DNA of 52,634 nt, the filler included, from Porpidia crustulata (Eukaryota): assembly GCA_964255105.1 (NCBI GenBank). It is 2 parts of 2 records of this genome, joined end to end, with 100 filler letters (N's around TTAATTAATTAA, not from the genome) between each part and the next. Parts side by side here need not be neighbours in the genome. Positions count along the whole stretch, not along the records: positions 26,490 to 52,634 come from CAXUWE010000038.1; 1 more part is not named here. One strand, written 5' to 3'. Below are positions 36,516-52,634 of the stretch, piece after piece. Under the pieces are notes generated by a model. It saw only the letters and a program-made list of their open reading frames with translations, ran no database searches and was not told the origin of the DNA. The stretch's first letter is position 1, and each line of letters opens with the position of its first letter. Made by a program: the position numbers and the translations under genes.

Positions 36516-36800
36516 ATGCCCAGCAGGACCCGACCCGTCGAAAAGCTCGCCGAAGCTGTGGCGAAGTGCTCCGTCGAGGTTAAATCATGTAACACTTTGG
36601 AGGAAATCGACTTTGTTAATCGTTTCGCAGGCCTCTGCGTATGGAAGGTGTATCGTGGCGGACTACAACGCTGTATATAAAGATAAATGCCTTACGGAGT
36701 TCATGAGGTTGAAAGATTGCTACGTGGTGAGTAGTTTATGGGAATTAATTGAAATACTTCTGATCTGATTTGGGCCCAGGCAGCTTCCAAACGCAAGTGA
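36516..36800 (+). CDS. Small twin-CX9C protein, NDUFAF8-like complex I assembly factor; 3 exons (~59 aa)
   Basis: Spliced product MPSRTRPVEKLAEAVAKCSVEASAYGRCIVADYNAVYKDKCLTEFMRLKDCYVAASKRK* has two CX9C motifs; GT-AG introns at 36579-36630 and ~36727-36779. Confidence 0.85.
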
Positions 36801-36995
36801 TGGGTTGATGTTTTGATGCGAGTATTTATTGGAGTTTCGTCGTAAACGACGATTGCATGGAATAGACGCTGCTGACCATTTGTGGGGCACCGGCCTAAAT
36901 TTACATATCTGGAACTACAATTCTTTTCCTCGATCTATCGTGGTCGTCTGTCTACAAAACTCTGCATTTCATCGTGTCTCATTGGTTGGAACCAT

Positions 36996-39900
36996 CTATA
37001 GCTTCACCAAGCGAAGCAGGAATGTCGCTTTCTGCACTTCCTGCTCTTCTTCGGCAATGATGGCATCGCCATTGCCAGCAGGGATTAGCCCTCCGAAAGT
37101 GGTCACCTCGTGTTTATCCAACGGCCGTCGTAACGCTTTCTCGAACGTCTTGCCATGGCTCGAGAACACCTCCTCGAGTCCAATATTCTCCGGATCGCCG
37201 AGGACCTTGTACTCCATCTTCACGTCGTCCGTTGGGACAAGTTTTGCCTTTTTCCTGAGTTGCTGCACTCTGTTAACAATCTCGCGAGCTACCCCTTCTT
37301 TTTGGAGCTCAGGATATAACGCGGCATCTAGGATAATAAGAACGTCGTCATCTGTATTAGTCTCCAAATTTTTGGAAGACTCATTGTCTGCCAAGCCTCT
37401 CTTTATGATTAGATCGTCGATGCCAAGCTCAATCCCGTCAACGGTGACTTTCTTTTCGAGCAGAAAACGGCGAACTTCATCGCTCGTAAGGCTAGGCAAT
37501 GCTTTCCTCACCTTCTGAGCAGCAGCTCTCAGCTTCTTTCCCAGTGTCGGCCAGTCAGCCTCTACGCTATACTGGACATTGTATTTTGCTTCATCAGATG
37601 ATAAGACGAGTTCGTGGATATTGAGCTCCTCGCATACCACTCCTTCTAATGACCGCACATCCTCAAGATACGTCTGATCTGGGTGAACGACCACCAGGGT
37701 TTTCAAGGGTAGCTTGAGACCGATAGTCCTCCGTTCTCGGGAAACACGTCCAAGCTCAATGACCCTTTGCATTCGTCCCACTTGTCTCTCTACAGTTTGA
37801 TCAAATAACTCCTCCCTAATTTCTGGATACGCGAGAAAATGTACACTTCTAGGATCGTCAGCCTGCAATGATTTAGGAATATTAGGTAACAAGCGTTGGT
37901 AGATATTATCGGTGAGAAACGGTGTGAATGGTGCGAGTCCACGCGTCAATGTGTAGAGAACCTCAAATAGGGTATTTAGAGCATGCTGTGTGTCTTCGAC
38001 GCCGAATTCACCCTTCAGACGACGTCGATTAAACCGAATATACCAATTTGAGGTATTGTCAAGTAACCCGAGCAGTTTTGGCACGACGGTGTACAATCGG
38101 TACGCCGCCATCTCTTCGTTCACAAATTTAAGCAAACTTTGACAGCTTGCTAAAATCCAGCGATCCATCACGTTCTCATTCCTGGATCCAGCTTTAGGAT
38201 CGAACATGAAGTCGATGTCTTCCACTTTCTTTAGCAATGTTACCTGATCTCGGAAAAACTTATAGCAATTCCAAAATGGTAACAGAACCTTCGTCACAAT
38301 CTCCTTTACACCGGATTCTTTAAATCGAAGAGTTTCGGCGCGCACCACAGGGGAATTGATCAGATACAATCGGAGAGCATCTGAACCATATTTATCAATG
38401 ACTAACGAAGGATCCGGGTAGTTCTTTAAGCGCTTTGACATCTTTTTCCCGTCCTCTGCAAGTACGATGCCGTTGACAATACAATTTTTGAACGGCAAGC
38501 GTCCGAAAAGATGCGTTCCTAAAACCGTGAGGGTATAAAACCATCCACGCGTCTGATCTAGACCTTCCGCGATGAAGTCTGCAGGAAACGTTGACCTGAA
38601 ATCCATTTCATGTTCGAAGGGATAATGTGCTGAAGCATATGGCATGCTTCCAGACTCGAACCAACAGTCAAAAACCTCCTCAATTCGCCGCAGATCACCC
38701 TTGCCTTGCTTGCTAGGGATTGTAATACTGTCGACCCTATCTCGATGAATGTCGGAAAGATCGCCTTCAAAACCACTGAGCTTTTTGAGCTCCTCTATGC
38801 TGCCAACACAGACGACTTCCTTGTAATCGTCACTGACCCACAAAGGCATAGGGGTGCCCCAGTATCGGTTTCTCGAAACGTTCCAATCTCTCGCATTCGC
38901 AATCCACGTTGCAAATCGTTTCTCTTTAACAAAGTTCGGCACCCAATGAGACGTTTCGATACCACTTAACATATCTGGAATGATCGGAGGAATCTTCACA
39001 AACCAGGCGGGTACGGCTTTGTATATCAATGGTGTGTCAGAACGCCAACAAAACGGATAACTATGAGTAATTTGACCATCTACGATTAGGCGGCCAATTC
39101 CTTTCAAGTGTTTGATGATAGCTTTATCGGCAGACTTGACATGTTGACCTGCGAAATCCGTAACTTCGGACGTGAAAAAGCCGCTTTCATCCACTGGATT
39201 TGGTGGCAGACGTTTATCACTGATGACCCCTGCCTCGAAAGCGACTTTGTAATCTTCTTCACCAAATGCAGGAGATTGATGCACTATGCCAACACCACTA
39301 TCTGCTGTCACATAATGGGCATTAAGTACTCTGAAGCCCACATCTTTGAATTCTTCGTAGAAGTACTTAAATAGAGGCTCATAGCGCCAGCCAAGCATGT
39401 CCCTGCCCTTGATACGATCCACCACTTTATATTTTGCCTTTTTAGGATCTTTATAAAGCGTTTTCATCAAAGCTTCTAACAAGATATAATTCCTTCCAGA
39501 GAGCTCATCATGTATCTTCACATACTCAAAATCTGGATGTGCTGCCAATCCTGTGTGAGAGGGTAATGTCCATGGCGTGGTAGTCCAAGCAAGAAGGCAT
39601 GTCTGAGGGTCACTAAGTAGTGGAAATGAAACCACCACAGCTGGGTCTTGGACGTCTTTATAATTCTGTTGAGCTTCAAAATTGCTTAGCGGAGTATTAA
39701 GGGCAGTCGAATAAGGCATGACCCGATAGCCTCTGTAAACAACATCTTTCTCGAACAATTGCTTGAAGACCCACCAGACAGACTCCATGAATGTGGCGTT
39801 CATGGTCTGCAACGTGCCAGGGTTAGAATCAATCTTACATTTAGGCTCAGGGCTTCCTTGCCTTGTAGTCGTTATCGAAATCAATCCAACGGCCTAAACG

Positions 39901-40290
39901 CTCAATAGTCTGTCTCCATTCCGTGGCAAATCGCATCACAATTGCCCTGCACTCGCTATTATAATTGGCTATTCCCATCTTTGCGACAGCATCTTTGCCC
40001 GAAAGACCCTGCTTCTTGTCTATTTCGTATTCGATCGGAAGCCCATGCGTGTCCCAGCCAAATCGTCTTTCGACATAGTAGCCCCTCATAGACCAGTATC
40101 GAGGTATGATGTCTTTGATTGTGGACGAAAGCAAATGGCCATAGTGCGGCAGGCCTGTTGCAAATGGCGGACCATCGTAGAAGGTATAGCGTTCTCGATT
40201 CTTTGAGAGCTCGACCTGACGCTCAAACGCCCCAATTTCTTTCCACCGTTTCAGTACCGCCTCCTCTTCTTTAGGAAAGTCGATCGACAT
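36996..40290 (-). CDS. ILS1: Cytosolic isoleucyl-tRNA synthetase; exons 40290-39862 and 39806-36996
   Basis: FYDGPPFATGLPHYGH (HIGH motif), GWDTHGLP, AWTTTPWTLPS editing domain, DWNVSRNRYWGTP, EGLDQTRGWFY and KMSKR. Confidence 0.98.
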
Positions 40291-40381
40291 GATGCGCAGT
40301 TGAGGCTGTTGTTCAATAGATTTCCAGCCGTGGGCTTAAGGTCAGTTTCACTGGTCATGAAATTGAATATATAAGCGAGAC

Positions 40382-40399
40382 ATGACTCAAAAGAGTCAT
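40382..40399. promoter_or_regulatory. Paired Gcn4/CpcA (cross-pathway control) elements upstream of ILS1
   Basis: ATGACTC-AAAA-GAGTCAT contains a perfect TGACTCA and an inverted TGACTC, 92-109 bp upstream of the ILS1 ATG and next to a TATATA at ~40368-40373. Confidence 0.6.
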
Positions 40400-40633
40400 A
40401 GATATTTATGTTCTACCAGATCATATCTAATCTATCTACTCAGACAAGCTGGTTTACAGATGTACTTTAACCAATCTACGTTGATAACTCTCAAAGTGTA
40501 AAATTGCGGCAGTCTGGATTGAACTTGTTATCTAGAGGCAATCATAGTATTGACTGTTCTGCATGAATCCTACACCTTTGCCGACTGGGTATCAGACAGA
40601 TGAGATGGAGCTGATCAAAATAAACTCGCAAAG

Positions 40634-43600
40634 CTAATCCACATCTTCATCGCCGTCGATCTGGCCCTCCGCATCCGATACTTCTTCACCAAGTGTTCGT
40701 AATCGTTTCTATGTAACATCAGTAAACAATGCTGGCAATGCGAGAAAACAAGACCGTTACCTTGTCCCTAGACCTTTTCTCTTCAAGGTCCTCGAGAACC
40801 ATGAACAAGTCATCAAGCTCTGTCTGCACCGCCTTCCGTGCCTCTTCCTTAATCTCCAAGTCGCCTTGCATACGGTTCGCCCTATCCTCGGTGTCTCGCG
40901 CCTTTTCCTCTGCGCGCCGTAATCGAGATCCCAAGTCTGATACCTTACTCAAATATTCTTCATGAGCAATCTGAAGATCTTGAATATGGTCTTTGCTGGA
41001 CTTTTGTAGCTCCTGTTCCAATTTGTATATGGTATTCTTGAGGTCAGCAATTTCTGCATCAGTCCGTGCACGTGTTCGTGTGGCGATAGCTTCATTTTCA
41101 TCTTTAAGTTTCTTCGTTTCGTCCTTGAATGCCTGCAGACTTGCCTCGTGCACTTTTCTACTCTCTAATTGCACAGATCTGTGCTCCCTCATGGTTCTCT
41201 GCAATTCTCCTTCGTGGTTTCGCTGCAATCCCTCATTGATGGACTTGATCCGGCTCAACTCAATCACAGACGATTCTTTGGCTTTCCTATGGTCCGCTTG
41301 CTCTTGTCCTAGCTTACGCTCTACGGTCACTACTTCCGATTCTAGCTGCTGGATCGTCTGAACCCGATCATCTAGTTGGGCCTTCAGAGAATCCACCAAT
41401 TCTCGGGAAATCCCTTTCTGGATCCCATTTGCAACGACAGGCACTTCGATACCAGGATCGCGATCTATGGCTCGTATGACGCGGCTGAAGTTGTCCTTCA
41501 AGAAATCCACAAATGTTCGATCGAAGTAAACTTCAGGAAGACCACCGGACTGCGTCGATCCAAGACTCTGAGGCAAGACCTCGAAATCTCTCACTACACT
41601 ATGTTCTCGAAGCTTGGTGATCTTATCTGCGTATTGTTCACGACCTAAACGCGTCGTTAAGATTTGATGTAGCGTAGTGCGAGGGATAGGGGAGTCTTTT
41701 GTTGAGAATTCGTAGACAATACCCAGAAGAAAAGCACAAAGGCCTGATACAAGAGTTCTGGGTTGACCGCCTTGACTCATAAGTTGAATTATGCTCTGCA
41801 CGTTACTCCCTTCGCCTAGGAAGTCGTTCACTGCATCATGATCTTCGTACAGCCATCCACACAAGACCATCAAATATCCTATCGATACTCTCTCATCATC
41901 GCCCTTCTGTTCGCCGGAAATCAGATTCCCTGAAAGCGCTTGTATACATGTGACCACTTCTTCCCCGTTGTCGGCGTCTCCTTCTGCAACCTTCATAGCG
42001 ATATTCTTTGCATCAAAATTATCATAGACAAGATGGAAAAGTAATACAGCAGCCATCCATGGACGGTACGGATCAACTCCGCGTCCAGACTCCGGGTCTG
42101 AGATAAGAATTGTAAGTATATTGTCCGGCTCTACTCCTTCAGAGGTGTGACCTTCGATGGCTCTCCGCAAGAAATGCAAACGTATAGGAACATGACTAGA
42201 TAGATATGCCTTGATGCATTCGCAAGCACACATTCGAAAGTCGAAAGCATTCAACGATGCTAGTGTCAGTGTGGCATCGAGAAGACCAGAAATCACGTTG
42301 GTCATAGTTGGAGTGCCATTGCTCTCAGCATGACCATTGATCTGTTGTGCTGAGGTACCGATGCGTGAAATAGGGACTTCGAGCTGCGCGAAACTCTCCT
42401 GAAGACCGCTATTGCCACGGATTAAGTCTGCTGACGTCGCCAAAGCCTTGCGTGTTTCTATTAGCACAAATCTATGCCGTTCATTGATGTCCAACTCACT
42501 TCAGCCCTGATGGTCATATCTGTCAAATCATGGAATGCTATGTCAAGGACTTGCGTTAATACACCACTCTGCCAGAATGCTACTTGGTTTGCTTGTGTTC
42601 CCACACTTCCTTTAACCAAGAAAAGACGTATAACAGCAAGTAATCCCCATACATTCTTGTCACGCTGAGACCTTGCCCAATCAGCAATACCATCTGGTGC
42701 GTTTGCTTCTCGGAGAGTCTGATTCAATATATCTGCCAGCTTTCTTACCCATCCTGTCTCACGAAAGTAGGATTGGTTTGAGCTATTGAGTCTAAGAAGA
42801 TTGGCCAGTAAAGATAGGCAGTCCTGCACGACGATTCCACCATGCGTGAGGGATCCCTCTACATTGATGATACCGAATATACGGTCAAAGGCGTTTTCGA
42901 AAGCTACAAGCTTTTGAAGATCTGCCGAGGATGGTGTGAGAGCCGTGAGGAGAAGTAGGCCTTCTATAATAACCAGGACCATTAAATAGAGTCATGCTCT
43001 AGAGGGAAAGCATTACCGTACCACTACGCACAGCTTCCCTCTTATCATCTAGGACGGCAACCAGTCTTGATACACCGAGGGGAGCTGTATAAACACACTC
43101 CTGCGTCCTCTCTGGCCGAGCATCCGAAATTGCGGATATCAATTGCAAGGAGTAGAGCCGAGAAAAGAAGTCATGTGTATCGAGTAGATCCAGGAGGACT
43201 GTAATGTTCTCTTGACGCTACTCCGTCAACTCAGCAAGCGAGGAAGCCCACCCATTTGTCGAGCACTCACTTGGGTGAACTCGTCAGCTAGCCACAATGC
43301 TATATCATCAGAAGCTTCAGGCTATTAATTATTAGCAGGCATAAAATATAGTGCTCAGAGCCACTTACACTTGATTCGTCGGGATTGAAAAGCATTAACA
43401 AGGTCTCAAGTATGACCTTAGTAGTATCCACGTCTTCGACATCTTTGTTGAGACAGCTAATGAGGCTTCTGAGAGCCCCAGATGCGACGGAGGCTGGATA
43501 AATTTTGGCGAAGCTCCTCAACCCTAGGATGGCGGCACGACGATCCTCCAACAAAGTAGCACTCTGCAAACGTCCACTGAGAGTGGCAATCGTAGTTGTC

Positions 43601-43644
43601 GCGCTTTGTTTTGCTGGAGCCTGAGATTCGAGCATGCGAAACAT
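40634..43644 (-). CDS. USO1: Uso1/p115 ER-Golgi vesicle tether; multi-exon
   Basis: LSGRLQSATLLEDRRAAILGLRSF, QKLVAFENAFDRIF, GGIVVQDCLSLLANLLRLNSSNQSYFRE (armadillo head), C-terminal coiled coil ELDDLFMVLEDLEEK and acidic tail LGEEVSDAEGQIDGDEDVD*. Confidence 0.96.
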
Positions 43645-44257
43645 GTTTAGGCTGTCGATATGCTCCTTCGCATCTGAGGCAATCGAGATATTATTCTCCG
43701 ATACATTCTATATTTGCCAGATAGTCTCCGCTGGTGAAGGGGCTCAGAGTCTTTCTTCGATTAGCAGGCACCAAATTTGTACCCAATATAGTTGCTGCTC
43801 TGGAACACATAAATATATCTAGATACCTGGTCGGGAAGCCTAGTAAGCAGGTATTTTTTAGCGTAATTTGAGATCTTAGTCGCGAATATATTACAAGGCT
43901 CATACCTACTAAACACCCATGTACATGAGATCCAGACCGTGAAACTATCAGTAGATACTTCTTTTCTAGAATATGCATTTGGTGCTCTGTCTACACTTGA
44001 TCACTAGCATATAAGCTTTACGTTGCCAGTCAACGACTATCGTGTAAACGATAGCAGAAAAGCTCAGCTAATTATTGATATTGGCTCCTATTGAAGGCCC
44101 GCCCTCCATCGCCGCCTTTGTCGCAAACATCACTCTTCGTCGTCCTTATAAGCCTTTGTTCAAGATACTGACTTATTGTGCGAGAACTTTATTGCTTTCA
44201 TCTCTAGGGCCTTTCTTATATCATCGAGTTCGTTTGGCAAGCTTCCAATACGCCGCG

Positions 44258-47200
44258 ATGGGTGTTCCAGCTCTTTTCCGATGGCTATCCCAAAAGTATC
44301 CAAAAATTGTTTCGCCAGTTGTTGAAGAGCAGCCCGCAGATGTAGACGGTCAAAAAATACCTGTGAACATAAGCGGTCCAAATCCTAATGGAGAAGAATT
44401 TGATAATTTATACTTGGTGAGTACCTCTGTGAACTTTAAAAGGTTACAAGAACTGAAGTGTTTTGTTAGGATATGAATGGTATTGTGCACCCGTGCTCAC
44501 ATCCCGAGGATCGGCCTGCTCCAGATACTGAAGAAGAGATGATGTTGGCTATATTCGAATATACAGACCGAGTTGTGAACATGGTTCGGCCTCGCAAACT
44601 CTTGTTGATTGCCGTCGGTATGTCAAGTACCTTCGAGCTCCGTGGCCTCATCTGTGTTGGCATCCCCTGCGAACGGCTACATTATCTACTGAGATTCTGA
44701 GGTCGCCAAGGGGGGTACATCTCTACACTCAGATTTTCTTGTGCGATTAGAAAACAGCTAACTGTGTGCTATAGATGGGGTTGCGCCACGGGCAAAGATG
44801 AATCAACAACGGTCTCGGCGATTTAGATCAGCCCAGGAAGTTAAGGAGAAAGATGAGGATAAGGAAGAATTCCTAAAATTACTAAAACCCAAGAATGGCG
44901 CGGTGGGTCATGAGGGCATTGAGGCTATGGCAAAGAAGAAAACATGGGATCATAACGTGATTACCCCCGGTACACCTTTCATGGATATCCTCGCAATGTC
45001 CTTGAGATATTGGTGCGCATACAAAGTTAATACAGATCCGGCTTGGGAAAAGGTAAACCTACGTTAGCTATCCGGCACGGCAAAGTACTGACATTACGTA
45101 GATCAAAGTCGTCATTTCGGACGCAACCGTTCCCGGCGAAGGAGAACATAAGATCATGGAATTCATTAGATCACAGCGATCATCTCCAGAGCACGACCCT
45201 AATACACGCCATGTAATATACGGATTGGTGGGTCACACTATACCAGTATGTCCTTCACTAAGAATGATACTGATAATACATCAAGGACGCCGATCTAATT
45301 ATGCTCGGGCTTGCTACGCATGAGCCGCATTTCCGAGTCCTCCGTGAAGATGTCTTTTTCCAAGAGTCTAAAGCGCGCACATGTCGAATATGCGGCCAAA
45401 AGGGTCACATAGCCGACGCATGTAAAGGCGAATCGAAGCAGAAAGATGGTGAATATGACGAGAAAGACAAAGCCGCGGCGTTGAAACCCTTCATATGGCT
45501 TCATGTCTCTGTCTTACGCGAGTACCTTGAGGCGGAACTCTACGTTGCTCAACAACCATTTCGTTTCGACCTCGAACGGGCTTTGGACGACTGGGTTTTT
45601 ATGTGCTTTTTCGTGGGCAATGACTTTTTACCACATCTACCTAGTCTTGACATCCGAGAAAATGGTATCGACACGCTTATCGCAATCTGGCGTGATAACA
45701 TTCCAGCGATGGGTGGTTACTTGACAAAGGATGGCCATGTTGATTTGGAGCGAGCTCAGTATATCTTGAATGGATTGGCCAAACAGGAAGACGCAATTTT
45801 CCGCCGTCGCCGCCAGACAGAAGAGCGTAAAGATGCAAATGCCAAGCGAAGAAAGCTCGATGAACAAAATCGTAACAGTAACCATTATTCTAGTGGCGGT
45901 AATCTTGCTGGGCCTGATGGACGTCGCAAGTCTCCAGACTACACCACATCAACCAACAACAGCTCTAACCGCAGCAAACCAAAAAATCCCACAGTTGCTC
46001 CTCCGGGTCTTCCTCTTTTTGTTCCTGGTAAAGGTAATTTATCAAAAGAAGAAAAAATCACAAACCATGAGGCGGTCATCAATCGTGGGGCAGTGTACAA
46101 AGCCAACCTTGCGAACAAGAGTGCTGCTGCAGTGCTCAAAAGTAAATTGCTTGGCGGCGATCAGGACGACAGTACGATCACCTCCCCGAATACGTCGACC
46201 TTTGGCAATAACGACAACCTCGTTGACCAGAGCAAGACGTTCGATATCGCCGAAATGCCACAAACACCGGTGTCCGCTTTAGGTAAGAGAAAAGCTGAGC
46301 TGATAGAAGACGACGGGGCTAGTACTCCTGGAGGCGACAGTACTACGGGTAGCCCGAGACGAAATGAAGCAGATCCCGATGAACCGCCGGTTGATAATGT
46401 TCGCCTGTGGGAAGAAGGATACGCAGATAGATATTATGAACAAAAATTTGGTGTCGACCCTAGGGACATCGCCTTCCGTAACAATGTCGCAAATGCTTAT
46501 GTTGAGGGACTGGCATGGGTATTGCTTTACTATTTTCAAGGCTGTCCTTCTTGGACATGGTTTTATCCGTATCATTATGCCCCTTTTGCTGCAGACTTTG
46601 TTGAACTCGATCAGATAAACATCAAATTCGAAAAGGGTAGAATTTTCAAGCCATTCGAACAGTTGATGGGTGTGCTGCCTGCAGCGTCAAACCACGCTAT
46701 TCCAGAGGTCTTTCACCCCCTTATGACGGATGAAGATAGTGAGATTTTAGATTTCTACCCATCGGAATTTCCAATAGATCTCAACGGTAAAAAATTTGCA
46801 TGGCAAGGAGTTGCCTTGCTACCTTTTATCGACGAGAAGAGACTTTTGGATGCAATGGCGAAGAAGTATCCGCTTCTGTCTGCCCAAGAGGTTGCTAGAA
46901 ACGAATTGGGTAAAGATGTACTCATATTGTCTGACCGTCATCCATTGTACGAGGAAATAGCGACCAATTTCTATTCAAAACGTCAGGGCTCTACCAAATA
47001 CAAGATCAGCGCTAGATTGAGCGAAGGCCTCTCGGGCACAGTCGAAAAGAACGAGGAATATTTACCCGGGAGCTCCCTTGACTTTCCATTGTCGCAAGGG
47101 GATATGCCGAGTCTAGAAGAAGATCACAGTATCAGGTAAGTCTATTTGTATGTCTCGGAAGCGCTACGTAGACTAATACCATGATCAGTGTCCATTATGA

Positions 47201-47729
47201 GATGCCCAAATCGACCTATACGCACAAATCAATGTTGCTTCGGGGTATCATTTTTGGTAAACCAGCTCTGGATCGTGCGGATATTGAAGCAACCAAAGGC
47301 CGTGCCAATCATTCGGGCCGATCTCATGGCGGTGCGCCCTTACGAGGTGGGCGCGGTCGAGGTGGCCAGATGAACTACTCCGACTCAAGACCTAATCCTT
47401 TCGCCGCTCACATCAACCCTGGATACCCACCTCCAGGCGCACTAGGTACTTCTCGAGGAGGTCCAGTTCCACCTCCAATGCTAGGGTGGGTCCCACCACC
47501 TAAGGGACAAGAGGCCTTTTCGAGAGGCCCTCCGCCACCTCCAGGACATGGCTATAACTATGGGCCTCCACAACCACCACAAGCCGACTATTATGGTGGC
47601 CAGTCTCAGCAGCCTCAACATGGTTATTACATGAGCGGCTACGGGAATCACGCACCAGATAACAACTACTACCGGCCGCCACCACCCGGGGATCGTTACG
47701 GTGGGTCCAGTAACAGAAATGGGAGATGA
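44258..47729 (+). CDS. RAT1: Nuclear 5'-3' exoribonuclease Rat1/Xrn2 (Dhp1); 6 exons
   Basis: [85 protein letters not shown] knuckle [23 protein letters not shown] and [10 protein letters not shown]. Confidence 0.98.
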
Positions 47730-48200
47730 GGATTCTTTAAAGCGGACTTGTATCAATAAGTGTGGTATTATGTATCCAGTCTATGGAGGACTCAACTACA
47801 TTACAAGATGTTAAACGGGCCAGAATTTAAGATACCTATGATCATACGATCCTGTCTTAAGTACTCGTCTTGAGATGTAGATCCGTGCTGTAGTCAATCT
47901 AATGAAAGTAAACTTTGCCCCCTAATTTACGGCCTATTGTGAGCCACGGAGTCAAAGATTAGATAACGTTCGGGCTCCCAAGCGTCCGCTGCGCCCCGGC
48001 CAAACAAAAAGGGCCTCGGGGTGTCAGCACCAGATTCTGTGGTTCAGAAGTACCCTTTCATCGTCTTTCAACTCTATTATGACTGCACATAGACTATTAT
48101 CATTGATTGTTCCTGTAGGAGAGTCTCTGGTGAGATGGCTTTCACTGGTTAATATGACTGGCAAGTATTAATGTGGAATTCTTTTCTTACAATCGAGTGA

Positions 48201-52634
<4,434 letters not shown>

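Noticed and set aside
36829..37518. 229-aa + strand ORF and other antisense ORFs over ILS1, SFI1, USO1, RAV1 and ARO1
   Set aside because: Shadow ORFs opposite well-supported genes, with no motifs of their own.
44640..44720. TPP riboswitch in the RAT1 intron (CTGAGA present)
   Set aside because: The remaining TPP aptamer consensus (CUUGAU...AAU...AGCG) is missing and the gene is unrelated to thiamine metabolism.

Overview
Eukaryotic, intron-rich filamentous ascomycete (Pezizomycotina) genomic DNA with three parts. (1) 1-1485: a PTH11-like fungal rhodopsin-domain membrane protein gene. (2) ~2950-16000: a ~13-kb island with no intact gene, made of co-oriented (- strand) pseudogene fragments, including an SNF2-family helicase relic. 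It shows long strand-specific GG-free or CC-free tracts that look like a non-canonical (CpC-directed) RIP-like hypermutation, plus a 48-bp inverted repeat bracketing an in-frame TGA. (3) 16222-52634: a dense housekeeping block with CDC1, a ZRC1/COT1 zinc transporter, a DUF202 protein, a secreted tyrosinase, an artificial 100-nt scaffold spacer (26390-26489), a truncated OPT transporter, RAV1, SFI1, an NDUFAF8-like twin-CX9C gene, cytosolic IleRS, USO1, RAT1/XRN2 and the pentafunctional ARO1, which runs off the window end. All calls come from manual reading and translation; no searches were run.
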